Below the pieces are notes generated by a model, which saw nothing but the letters and a program-made list of their open reading frames with translations, had not been told where the DNA came from and did no database searches. The position numbers and the translations under genes are program-made. Of a DNA stretch of 64,000 bases, positions 56,031 to 64,000 are shown one piece after another; position 1 is the first letter of the stretch; every line of letters begins with the position of its first letter. The DNA is from an uncultured Planctomycetales bacterium (GTDB lineage: Bacteria > Omnitrophota > Gorgyraeia > Gygaellales > Profunditerraquicolaceae), in contig CAZYCL010000004.1 of the NCBI GenBank assembly GCA_964645795.1, forward strand, positions 21,830-85,829, read 5' to 3'.

Positions 56031-57035
56031 ATGATCATCGCTCAAACGCCTTCCCGGGTCAGCTTTTTAGGCGGCGGAACGGATTATCCCGCGTATTTTC
56101 GTTCCTGCGGCGGCGGCGCCACGCTGGCAGCGGCGATCAACCAGTTCGTCACCATTACCGTCCATCCGCTTACCAGGTTCGTCGACTGCCGCCTGCGCAT
56201 ACATTATTCAAAGCTTGAATCCGTGGCAAGCATCGACGATATTCAGCACCCTTCGGCGCGCGAATGCCTCAGGTTCATGAATATTGACGGTGGGGTCGAG
56301 ATACATTATATAAACGACCTGCCGGCGCGTACCGGGCTTGGTTCTTCATCCGCCGCTACCGTCGGCCTGCTTCTGGCCCTGCACGCCTTTAAGGGGGAGA
56401 GCGTCTCTCAGGAAGAAGTCGCCCGCGAAGCCCTGCATGTCGAACAGGAGATGATCCGGGAGAATGTCGGCTGCCAGGACCAGTATATATGCTCCCTGGG
56501 AGGCTTTCTGCATCTAAGGTTTCTTGAAGACGGCAAGGTAATCTACGAGCGCTTAGCCCTGGAGCAGCAACGGCTTGAAGAGCTGCGCCGTAACCTGGTG
56601 CTTTTCTATACGGGAGTGCAGAGAGACGCGCATCTGGTGCTTGGCGAACAGATAAATAACACTCTCTGCGGCCGCAACTGCGCTCAGCTTGACAAGATGA
56701 AAGAGCTGGTGGGCCAGGGCCTTGAGTTGTTAAAGGGCAGCGCCGACCTTAGGGAATTCGGTAAGCTCCTCGATCAAACCTGGGCGCTTAAAAGACTTCT
56801 CTCCGCCAAGATCAGTACTCCTCTGATAGACCAGGCGTATAAAGCGGCAAGGGATGCCGGGGCATTGGGAGGAAAGCTTCTGGGAGCCGGGGCTGGCGGG
56901 TTTCTTTTGTTCTACGTTGAACCGGAGTCTCAAGAGAAAGTGCGCCGGGCGCTTTCCGGATTAAACGAAGCTGATTTTTCATTTGAACATTCAGGCAGCA
57001 GGATAATCTTTTCCCAGGGAAAGCAGACGCGATGA
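56031..57035 (+). CDS. GHMP sugar kinase (HddA-like heptose-7-P kinase / fucokinase-like)
   Basis: 'PARTGLGSSSAATVGLLLAL' GHMP ATP-binding motif and 'GAGAGGFLLFY' C-terminal glycine motif. Confidence 0.65.
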   Translation: MIIAQTPSRVSFLGGGTDYPAYFRSCGGGATLAAAINQFVTITVHPLTRFVDCRLRIHYSKLESVASIDDIQHPSARECLRFMNIDGGVEIHYINDLPARTGLGSSSAATVGLLLALHAFKGESVSQEEVAREALHVEQEMIRENVGCQDQYICSLGGFLHLRFLEDGKVIYERLALEQQRLEELRRNLVLFYTGVQRDAHLVLGEQINNTLCGRNCAQLDKMKELVGQGLELLKGSADLREFGKLLDQTWALKRLLSAKISTPLIDQAYKAARDAGALGGKLLGAGAGGFLLFYVEPESQEKVRRALSGLNEADFSFEHSGSRIIFSQGKQTR

Positions 57036-57778
57036 ACCACCAGATACCCGCAGTAATTCTTGCCGGAGGGCAAGGCAGGAGGCTTCGCCGGGCCTTGCCT
57101 GAAGGTTTGCCCAAGCCCATGGCCCCTGTCCGCGGCAGGCCTTTTCTGGAGTACAAGATCCAACAGCTGCGCTGCGCTGGATTCCTCAACCTCATACTTT
57201 CTCTGGGGTACGGATCAGAACTCATCCGTAACCATTTTGGGGACGGTTCAGATTTTGGCGTGCGCATCTCTTATGCCCTAGAAGACCAGCCTTTGGATAC
57301 CGCAGGCGCCCTTTCCCACGCCCAAGATCTTATAAAATCCGAAGACTTCCTGGTTACCAATGCCGACACTTACTGCCGGCTGGATTTCCGGGCGCTGCTC
57401 AATCAGCATGCATCGACTAATGCCGTGGTAACGATGGCGGTGGTATTTTCTGATACCGGGGTCAAAGATTTTGGGCTGGTAGAGCTATCCGGCAATGGTC
57501 AGATCGTAAAATTTGGCGAAAAAGATGGCGGGCAGGAAAGCGGATTTGTGAGCTGCGGTGTCTATGTATGCAGCCGCGGGATCTTTAAGCTTATTCCTGG
57601 CGGTCAAAGGTGCTCGTTAGAAACGGAGGTATTCCCCGCATTGGCGGGCAAGGGCTTGCACGCCTTTAAGACCAGCGGCACCTTTATAGATATAGGGACG
57701 CCCGAGCAGTGGAGGGCGGCGCAAGATATCCTCGGCGAGATCCCCTCCGGCAAGCCCGATACGGACAAACGCGCATGA
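57032..57778 (+). CDS. sugar-1-phosphate nucleotidyltransferase (HddC/GDP-mannose pyrophosphorylase-like)
   Basis: 'AVILAGGQGRRLR...PKPMAPV' NTP-transferase signature. Confidence 0.7.
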   Translation: MNHQIPAVILAGGQGRRLRRALPEGLPKPMAPVRGRPFLEYKIQQLRCAGFLNLILSLGYGSELIRNHFGDGSDFGVRISYALEDQPLDTAGALSHAQDLIKSEDFLVTNADTYCRLDFRALLNQHASTNAVVTMAVVFSDTGVKDFGLVELSGNGQIVKFGEKDGGQESGFVSCGVYVCSRGIFKLIPGGQRCSLETEVFPALAGKGLHAFKTSGTFIDIGTPEQWRAAQDILGEIPSGKPDTDKRA

Positions 57779-58851
57779 CAGGCACCGGTCCGAAAAATCC
57801 CCTGCTTTCCTTTGTTATACCCGGGCGCAATGATGATTTCATGGGCAACTTTCGATGGCGCTTTGAGACGTCATTGAATTACCTGGCGGATAACCTGCTG
57901 CGGACCGGAAAGCTTGAGCAGGCCGAGATTATCGTCTGCGACTGGGGCAGCAAGGTGCCCTTATATCAAAGCCTGACCTTGGGCGCCGCCGCCAGGAAGC
58001 TTGTGCGTTTTGTCCTTGTCCCGGAGCAGCTGACTTGCCAGTTGCAAAAAGACAGCGATTTCCCTGTGGTATTCGCCTATAACATAGGGGTCAGGCGCGC
58101 CAGGGGCAAGTTCATCGCCCAGACGGACTCCGACATCCTGTTTACCGCAAAAGCACTCGGGCTTTTGTTTGGGGTCCTGGAGGGAGAACGCGGCCTGTCA
58201 ACGCCTTTGCCAGAGACGTTTTTTTACGCCTGGAGAAGGATGGTGCCCTGCAGGTATGTGTTAAGCAGCCCCAGGGTCGAGGAGCTTGATTGGCTGGTGT
58301 GCAATTGCGCAAAGCTCCTGCCGCTGTATTCGGATTTCAACCGCAAGTTCTGCAATACCGGTTTTGTTTTGATGCACCGCAACCTCTGGGAAGAGTCTTC
58401 CGGATTCGACGAGCGCCTAATTTACTGGGGTTGGATGGAAACCGATCTTGGCCTGCGCATGAGCCGCAGGTATCCGACATTTAACATGTATAAGCTGGGA
58501 ATGGAGCTGTTTCATTTGGAGCACTATCAAAGGCAGCTGCGGCGCCTGACTTCGCGCAAATGCAACAGGCAGGAACAGGAAAATGTCTTTTGCCCCGGAG
58601 GCAAGGATTGGGGGTTGGCGGGTTTTGAGTTTATGGAGTATGTATTTGTGCAGCCGGGACCGATGCCTCCGGCCTGCCCCCCGAGAACGATGCTTTTGCC
58701 CGGACCCGGGATGGTTTTAGCGCTTTTCGATGCCATCGCCGAGTCGGCTTTACGCTCCCTGAAGAATGCTTGCGCCGGGCTCCAGCATTACTGTGTCAGG
58801 GGTTTGCAGATATGCCGGGATAAGATCGTCAATCTCTGCCGGCAGGTTTGA
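57775..58851 (+). CDS. putative glycosyltransferase (GT-A like)
   Basis: ATG 57775 (ATGA overlap with upstream stop) gives 'LSFVIPGRNDD', the GT2 N-terminal pattern, and 'AQTDSDILFT' (DxD). The 57709 start in the ORF track would overlap heavily. Confidence 0.4.
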   Translation: MTGTGPKNPLLSFVIPGRNDDFMGNFRWRFETSLNYLADNLLRTGKLEQAEIIVCDWGSKVPLYQSLTLGAAARKLVRFVLVPEQLTCQLQKDSDFPVVFAYNIGVRRARGKFIAQTDSDILFTAKALGLLFGVLEGERGLSTPLPETFFYAWRRMVPCRYVLSSPRVEELDWLVCNCAKLLPLYSDFNRKFCNTGFVLMHRNLWEESSGFDERLIYWGWMETDLGLRMSRRYPTFNMYKLGMELFHLEHYQRQLRRLTSRKCNRQEQENVFCPGGKDWGLAGFEFMEYVFVQPGPMPPACPPRTMLLPGPGMVLALFDAIAESALRSLKNACAGLQHYCVRGLQICRDKIVNLCRQV

Positions 58852-58914
58852 CAGGGGCTTATTCTCTTGACACCCATTGGTTTTGGTAATATATTATCTA
58901 AAAAAGGAGAAGGA

Positions 58915-59493
58915 ATGAGGAAGCTGTTTTTGGTCTCCATCATGGCGTTGGCGGTTTTTGGGATCGCCGCTGCCCAGAAGGCGCAGCCCGGGGCAAGAAG
59001 CCCGAAAGTGATCCTGTTGATCAGCGAACAGAATATCGGAGGCCCTCAGCGGGCCTGGTGGGCCAGCGAAGTCGACCTTTCCACTACCGAAGTAAAGGTG
59101 GCCCAGGCTCTTATGCAGGCCGGTTTTGAGGTTCTGGAGCCTTCTTATTTGAGTAAAGCGGTAAAGCAGGATAAGGCATTCAGGGTAGTGAATATTTCAG
59201 ATGGCAAATCCGTTAAGCTCGGCAATCTTTCCAGGGCCGATTATGTGGTGCTGGGAAAGGCGGTTGCTTCTGCGGGAGGCAGCGTGCCGCAATCCAGCAT
59301 GAGATCATGCTTTGCCAATGCCACTGCCAAGCTTATTAAGGTAAAAGACGGTAAGGTCTTGGCTTATCTGGATGCCAGCGGTAACTCCGCGCATATGGAT
59401 ATCATAACCGGAGGCAGAGAGGCGCTGGCTAATGCCGGAGAGGATTTGGGATTAAAGTTAGCAGATGCCATAAACAAGCAAGGAGGTAAGTAA
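58915..59493 (+). CDS. secreted protein, possible CsgG/LpoB-fold partner
   Basis: Signal peptide from Met at 58915 (MRKLFLVSIMALAVFGIAAA). 'KVILLISEQNIGG' resembles the CsgG-family N-terminal strand. Confidence 0.3.
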   Translation: MRKLFLVSIMALAVFGIAAAQKAQPGARSPKVILLISEQNIGGPQRAWWASEVDLSTTEVKVAQALMQAGFEVLEPSYLSKAVKQDKAFRVVNISDGKSVKLGNLSRADYVVLGKAVASAGGSVPQSSMRSCFANATAKLIKVKDGKVLAYLDASGNSAHMDIITGGREALANAGEDLGLKLADAINKQGGK

Positions 59494-59494
59494 G

Positions 59495-60244
59495 ATGAAG
59501 AGGCTCGGGGCTTTATTTTTCTGTTTTTTACTGTTCTTTACTTCTGCGGGATGCGCCGGGTTTGATTCGATGCTTCAACCCACGGCCCAGGTGGATAATT
59601 ACGCGGGGGCACAGCCTCTTCCGCCTTACTCGGGGCCTAAGGCGCGCATAGCGGTCGCAGACTTCGACGTAAAAGCCGCCAAGGCAGGAGGCGAGATTGG
59701 CACGGGCCTGCGCGAGATGCTGGTCACCGCCCTTATCAACAGCAGCCGTTTCTCCGTGGTTGAGCGCCAGGTATTGGGGGCGTTGATGCAGGAGCAGGAG
59801 CTGGCGGCCTCAGGTGCCGCGCAGCAGGGGGCAGGCGGTGCGCAGCGCGGCAAAATCAAGACCGCGGACCTTATCATTACTGCCGCAGTCACGGAGTTTG
59901 AGCCTCAGGCTTCAGGCGGCGGAGCGGGTATCGGCGGAGGCGGCGGGGTAGGCAGCGGAGTATTGGGAGGCCTGCTGGGCGCGGCGATGAACAAAGCGCA
60001 TATGGCCCTGGATATCCGTCTTATCGATGCTTCTACTTCCGAAGTTTTGGCGGCGACCCGCGTTCAGGGACAGGCCTCGGATGTCGCCGGAGGCTTTGCG
60101 ATGGGCTTTATGGGCAGCTGGGCATTAGGCGGCGGGCTTGGTGCTTACGCTAACACCCCTATGGAGAAGGCGATCCGTATTTGCATAATCGAGGCAGTAC
60201 GTTATATCTCGCAGACGATACCTGCGACATATTACAAATATTAA
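59495..60244 (+). CDS. CsgG-family outer-membrane lipoprotein (curli-type secretion channel family)
   Basis: Lipobox 'TSAGC', 'RIAVADFD', 'GTGLREMLVTALINSSRFSVVERQVLGALMQEQELAASG', 'ADLIITAAVTEFE'. Gly-rich channel loop. Confidence 0.65.
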   Translation: MKRLGALFFCFLLFFTSAGCAGFDSMLQPTAQVDNYAGAQPLPPYSGPKARIAVADFDVKAAKAGGEIGTGLREMLVTALINSSRFSVVERQVLGALMQEQELAASGAAQQGAGGAQRGKIKTADLIITAAVTEFEPQASGGGAGIGGGGGVGSGVLGGLLGAAMNKAHMALDIRLIDASTSEVLAATRVQGQASDVAGGFAMGFMGSWALGGGLGAYANTPMEKAIRICIIEAVRYISQTIPATYYKY

Positions 60245-60349
60245 AAAGGACATCACGCAATGGGAAAAAGAAAACGCAGAGGAAAATTGAACTGGCGCTC
60301 CAAAAGGGCCAATAAAGGCAGAAAACCCTGCTTGGGCTAATATGCATCC

Positions 60350-61090
60350 ATGGTTTTAGTCTGGATATTGGCGAGCACGTTTCTGGTAAGCATTGTTTCC
60401 TTGGCAGGGGTTTTTACCCTGTCCATAAAAGAAAGATTGTTGCATCGGCTGCTTTTTTGCCTTATCGGCTTCTCCGCCGGGGCCCTCATCGGAGGGGCTT
60501 TCCTGCATATCCTTCCCGAAGCGCTGGAGAACTCCCCCAGTAATTACGTGTTCTCCAGCCTTATCCTGGGTATAGTGATTTTCTTTGCCTTGGAAAGATA
60601 CCTCTATTGGCGCCACTGCCACGAAGGCGTCTGCGAGGTGCACGCGTTCTCCTACCTTAACCTTGTCGGGGACGGGTTCCACAACTTTATAGACGGGATA
60701 CTCATCGCCGTCAGTTACCTGGTGTCGGTAAAGCTGGGGATAATTACCACCATTGCCATTATCCTGCATGAGATACCGCAGGAACTGGGTGATTTTGGCG
60801 TGCTGGTGTACGGCGGCTTCTCCAAGCAAAAGGCGCTTTTCTACAACTTCGTCAGCGCCATCACCGCCATCTTCGGCGCCATCCTGGGTTATTTTATAAC
60901 CGACCTTGCCAAGGGTTTCTCGGCCTTCATGCTACCGGTTACCGCCGGAGGTTTTATTTATATCGCCACCAGCGACCTCATCCCCGAGATCCATAAGGAG
61001 AAAAGCCTGAAGCGTTCGACCATCGCCTTCATTGCATTTCTTATAGGAATAATCTTCATGGCCCTGGCCAAACACCTCCTGTCCGAATAA
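60350..61090 (+). CDS. zupT: ZIP-family zinc/metal transporter ZupT
   Basis: 'HNFIDG' and 'HEIPQELGDFGVL' ZIP signatures. Confidence 0.85.
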   Translation: MVLVWILASTFLVSIVSLAGVFTLSIKERLLHRLLFCLIGFSAGALIGGAFLHILPEALENSPSNYVFSSLILGIVIFFALERYLYWRHCHEGVCEVHAFSYLNLVGDGFHNFIDGILIAVSYLVSVKLGIITTIAIILHEIPQELGDFGVLVYGGFSKQKALFYNFVSAITAIFGAILGYFITDLAKGFSAFMLPVTAGGFIYIATSDLIPEIHKEKSLKRSTIAFIAFLIGIIFMALAKHLLSE

Positions 61091-61150
61091 GCCTTAAATC
61101 CCCGGTTCTTTCCTTGATTTAGCGTCATGCTTAGGTTAGAATAGTACTCT

Positions 61151-61387
61151 ATGAAGAAACTCTCATTGATCCAGTTGAAAGAGAACCAGAAGGGCATCGT
61201 GGCGGAGATATCCGCAGGCCACGGGCTCACGGGGCGCTTTATGAGCATGGGTATCTATAAAGGAAGGGAGATCACTAAGCTGAGCAACTTTGCACTTAGG
61301 GGGCCGATAGCCATCAAAGTGGGCAGGTCGGTGCTTGCCTTAGGCTTTGGCATGGCCTCCAAGATAATCGTCGAGACCAATGATTAA
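61151..61387 (+). CDS. feoA: ferrous iron transport protein A
   Basis: 78-aa SH3-like FeoA with 'LKENQKGIVAEI', 'RFMSMGIYKGREI' and 'GPIAIKVG'. Confidence 0.8.
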   Translation: MKKLSLIQLKENQKGIVAEISAGHGLTGRFMSMGIYKGREITKLSNFALRGPIAIKVGRSVLALGFGMASKIIVETND

Positions 61388-63110
61388 GAAGATATTCCTT
61401 ATCGGCAACCCCAACGTCGGTAAAAGCGTGGTTTTCTCTCGTCTTACCGGGGTCAACGTCATTACTTCTAATTATCCGGGGACCACCGTTGAGGTGACCA
61501 AGGGATATCTGAGGCAGTCAAACGGGGAAGTGGAGGTAGTCGATCTTCCCGGGACCTATTCGCTGGAACCGTCATCCAAGGCAGAAGGGGTGGCGGTAAC
61601 CTTCCTTAAGGGCGAAGACAAAAACGATTTCGTAATCATTAATGTCATCGATTCCACAAATCTTGAAAGAAACCTCTATCTGACCCTAAGCCTTATCGAA
61701 GAGGGCTATCCCGTGATCGTTTCCCTGAACATGTGCGACGATACCGCGCACCGGGGTATAAGCATAGATGCCGCAAAGCTTGAGAAGATATTAGGCGTGC
61801 CGGTAATCCCGACGTGCGCGGTGACCGGAGTAGGGATAAGGATCCTGTCCGAAAGGTTAGGTGAGGCTAGCCTGCGGCAGGAGAAGAGGCTTAGCCATCA
61901 GGACAGGTGGCTGAGGATCTGTCAGATAATTGATGAAGTCCAGCATTTAAGCCACCGGCACCACAACGTAAGGGAACTCCTGGAGGATGCATCGGTCAGG
62001 CCATTGTCCGGCGCAGCCATGGCCCTGGCAGTGGTCTTTGCCTCTTTCCATGTCATACGCTTTATCGGAGAATGGCTGATAGAGAAGGTCTGCGATCCGG
62101 TATTTACAAATTTCTATCAGCCTTTACTGGAAAAGGTCGGTATCGTCCTGGGAGGCGACGGATTCTGGCACCATCTTCTGATCGGCGACCTCATCAACGG
62201 GCAGATCGATTTTAAACAATCGCTGGGGCTCTTGACCACGGCTCCCTACATAGAGTTTGCGATGGTCTTGCCTTACGTCGTCGCTTTTTACCTGGTGCTG
62301 GGCATATTGGAGGATGTGGGTTTCCTGCCGCGCCTGGCAATGCTTTTGGATAACATAATGCACAGGGTAGGCCTGCACGGTTTTGCCATAATCCCGGTGC
62401 TTCTGGGTTTTGGCTGCAATGTCCCGGGTATACTGGCTACGCGGGTCCTTGAGTCAAAAAGGGAAAGGTTCATCGCCGCCACACTTATCTCCATCGCCGT
62501 ACCATGCGTGCCGCTTCAAGCGATGATCTTCGGTTTGCTGGGGAGCATCTCCGGATACTATGTGGCCGGGGTTTATTTCGTCCTGTTCTGCGTATGGCTG
62601 GTCCTTGGTTTTGTCCTGAACAGGATCCTTAAAGGGCATAGCCCGGAGTTCCTGCTCGAAATACCTCCGTACAGGTTCCCGCCTTTATCTGCCCTGACGC
62701 AGAAGCTATTTTTCCGCATCAAGGGTTTTATTTTCGAAGCCCTCCCTTTTGTTTTCCTGGGTATATTGGTAATAAACATCCTTATATACTTGCGCGCCTT
62801 TGACCTGGTAACCGGATTTTTCTCTCCGGTCATCACCGGGCTGTTCGGCCTGCCGAAGGAGGCGGTAGTCGCGCTCTCCGTGGGGTTCTTCAGGAAAGAT
62901 GTTGCCGTAGGCCTGCTTATGCCGCTGGGTTTGGACGCCAACCAGCTTTTCATTTCCGTCGTGCTTCTAGCGATGACATTCCCCTGTGTCGCCACCTTCG
63001 CCATACTCTTCAAGGAGTTAGGCCTGCGCTCGCTGTTGAAATCCACCAGCATTATGGTCGCCTCCGGAATCATAGTCGGAGGATTCCTGCATTTAGCGGT
63101 ATTGCGTTAG
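61380..63110 (+). CDS. feoB: ferrous iron transporter FeoB (G-domain + permease)
   Basis: G1 'GNPNVGKS', G2 'GTT', G3 'DLPG', Gate motifs in the membrane domain. Overlaps feoA by 8 nt. Confidence 0.85.
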   Translation: MIKKIFLIGNPNVGKSVVFSRLTGVNVITSNYPGTTVEVTKGYLRQSNGEVEVVDLPGTYSLEPSSKAEGVAVTFLKGEDKNDFVIINVIDSTNLERNLYLTLSLIEEGYPVIVSLNMCDDTAHRGISIDAAKLEKILGVPVIPTCAVTGVGIRILSERLGEASLRQEKRLSHQDRWLRICQIIDEVQHLSHRHHNVRELLEDASVRPLSGAAMALAVVFASFHVIRFIGEWLIEKVCDPVFTNFYQPLLEKVGIVLGGDGFWHHLLIGDLINGQIDFKQSLGLLTTAPYIEFAMVLPYVVAFYLVLGILEDVGFLPRLAMLLDNIMHRVGLHGFAIIPVLLGFGCNVPGILATRVLESKRERFIAATLISIAVPCVPLQAMIFGLLGSISGYYVAGVYFVLFCVWLVLGFVLNRILKGHSPEFLLEIPPYRFPPLSALTQKLFFRIKGFIFEALPFVFLGILVINILIYLRAFDLVTGFFSPVITGLFGLPKEAVVALSVGFFRKDVAVGLLMPLGLDANQLFISVVLLAMTFPCVATFAILFKELGLRSLLKSTSIMVASGIIVGGFLHLAVLR

Positions 63111-63115
63111 CCGGT

Positions 63116-64000
63116 ATGAAAGCAATAGCCCTGATCTCAGGAGGCCTGGATAGCATCCTGGCCGCCAGGCTCATTCAGGAGCAGGGGGTGGAAGTATCCC
63201 CCGTTTATTTCAGGATCCCTTTTTGCAGCCGGTCGGCCGCTTCTGTTTTTAATCTGGAGAAGTACCTGGGTAAGCCGATCCTCAACTGCGACATCAGCGC
63301 AGATTTTTTAAAGATCGTCGAGAGTCCACGCCACGGCTTCGGTTCGAATCTCAACCCTTGCATCGATTGCAAGATCCTTATGCTTTCAAGGGCCAGAGAG
63401 ATGATGCCGCAAGAGAATGCGCAGTTTGTGGTTACCGGAGAAGTGCTGGCGCAGAGGCCGATGTCGCAAAACAGGCAGGCGCTGGATACCATTGAAAGAA
63501 GCTCCGGCCTCCAAGGGTTAGTGGTTCGGCCGCTTTCGGCAAGATTGCTGGCCGAAAGCCTGCCCGAATCAAAAGGGTGGATCGACCGCCGCAGGCTTTT
63601 GAAGTTTTCCGGCCGGCAGCGCCGGCAACAGATAGAATTGGCCGAGAAGCTGGGCGTCAGAGATTACGCCCAGCCAGCCGGCGGATGTTTATTGACCGAC
63701 CCAGCCTTTGCCGCAAGGCTCGACGATCTGGTAAGCCATAAAGAGCTGGACCTGGATAATGTAGAGCTGTTGAAGCTCGGGCGGCACTTCCGGATTTCGG
63801 AAAATGCAAAACTGGCGGTTGGGCGCAACCAGGCCGAGAACGAAGCGATTGTTTCTCTGGCAAAAGACGGCGATTATTTGTTCATGCCTGACGAATCGAC
63901 CGCCGGCCCCACTTCCCTGGGCAGAGGGAGCTTCAGCCAGGGCCTCATCGAATTGGCAGCAAAAATAACCTGCCGTTATTGTGACCCGAAGGGCAAAGAT
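63116..64000 (+). CDS. PP-loop ATP pyrophosphatase family protein (tRNA thiolase/ThiI-MnmA-like candidate), 3' end truncated by window
   Basis: 'IALISGGLDS' PP-loop (SGGxDS) at the N-terminus and 'NPCIDCK' Cys motif. No stop before the window end. Confidence 0.45.
   Translation, partial: MKAIALISGGLDSILAARLIQEQGVEVSPVYFRIPFCSRSAASVFNLEKYLGKPILNCDISADFLKIVESPRHGFGSNLNPCIDCKILMLSRAREMMPQENAQFVVTGEVLAQRPMSQNRQALDTIERSSGLQGLVVRPLSARLLAESLPESKGWIDRRRLLKFSGRQRRQQIELAEKLGVRDYAQPAGGCLLTDPAFAARLDDLVSHKELDLDNVELLKLGRHFRISENAKLAVGRNQAENEAIVSLAKDGDYLFMPDESTAGPTSLGRGSFSQGLIELAAKITCRYCDPKGKD

Overview
This 64-kb window comes from a moderately GC-rich (~55-60%) diderm bacterium, with only a few AT-rich patches. 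The diderm call rests on LptE-like, LpxL-type, Lnt, MurJ, a BamD-like TPR protein, SecA and PilT. A group-4 [NiFe] hydrogenase, FeoAB and ZupT suggest an anaerobic, metal-scavenging lifestyle. Almost all genes sit on the + strand in tight operons.

Main content, in order along the window:
- 200-1400: an AT-rich islet with two unknown membrane proteins.
- 1406-7500: a compact six-gene operon that looks like a variant 5'-deoxyadenosine / methylthioadenosine (MTA) salvage route. It encodes a phosphorylase, MtnA, a class II aldolase fused to SCP2, a DhnA-type class I aldolase, a Zn-ADH and an ALDH.
- 7504-8343: a GGDEF diguanylate cyclase broken by one in-frame TAG.
- 8324-11970: FadD-like acyl-CoA ligase, RlmN, a GDSL lipase and a single-domain response regulator.
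- 11975-12940: a quasi-palindromic noncoding locus. It holds divergent tRNA-Ala(GGC) and tRNA-Leu(CAA), each followed by repeated hairpin modules and duplicated tRNA 3' ends, flanked by convergent CheY-like response regulators.
- 13398-40115: Nfo, LeuS, ComEA/ComEC, LptE-like/HolA-like/RpsT, MurJ, a truncated UvrC, MGMT, a PEGA protein, a GT2, PilT, PrfB (classical +1 frameshift site found), SecA, Lnt, a CDF transporter, a PIG-L deacetylase and an LpxL-type acyltransferase.
- 40476-50348: a 12-gene Mrp-antiporter-linked group-4 [NiFe] hydrogenase operon (Mbh/Hyf-like) with a maturation protease. It is preceded by a near-consensus promoter and a terminator-like leader hairpin.
- 50345-52004: DedA and BioY.
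- 52237-58851: a heptose/deoxy-sugar glycan cluster (HAD phosphatase, two SDR epimerase/reductases, a sugar C-methyltransferase, GHMP kinase, NDP-sugar pyrophosphorylase, GT-like).
- 58915-60244: a CsgG-family lipoprotein with a secreted partner.
- 60350-63110: a zupT-feoA-feoB metal-uptake cluster.
- 63116-64000: a truncated PP-loop ATPase at the window end.

No CRISPR array, rRNA, transposase or integrase gene was seen. The strongest candidate for a previously undescribed system is the dual-aldolase salvage operon at 1406-7500. The symmetric tRNA/hairpin locus and the hydrogenase leader come next.
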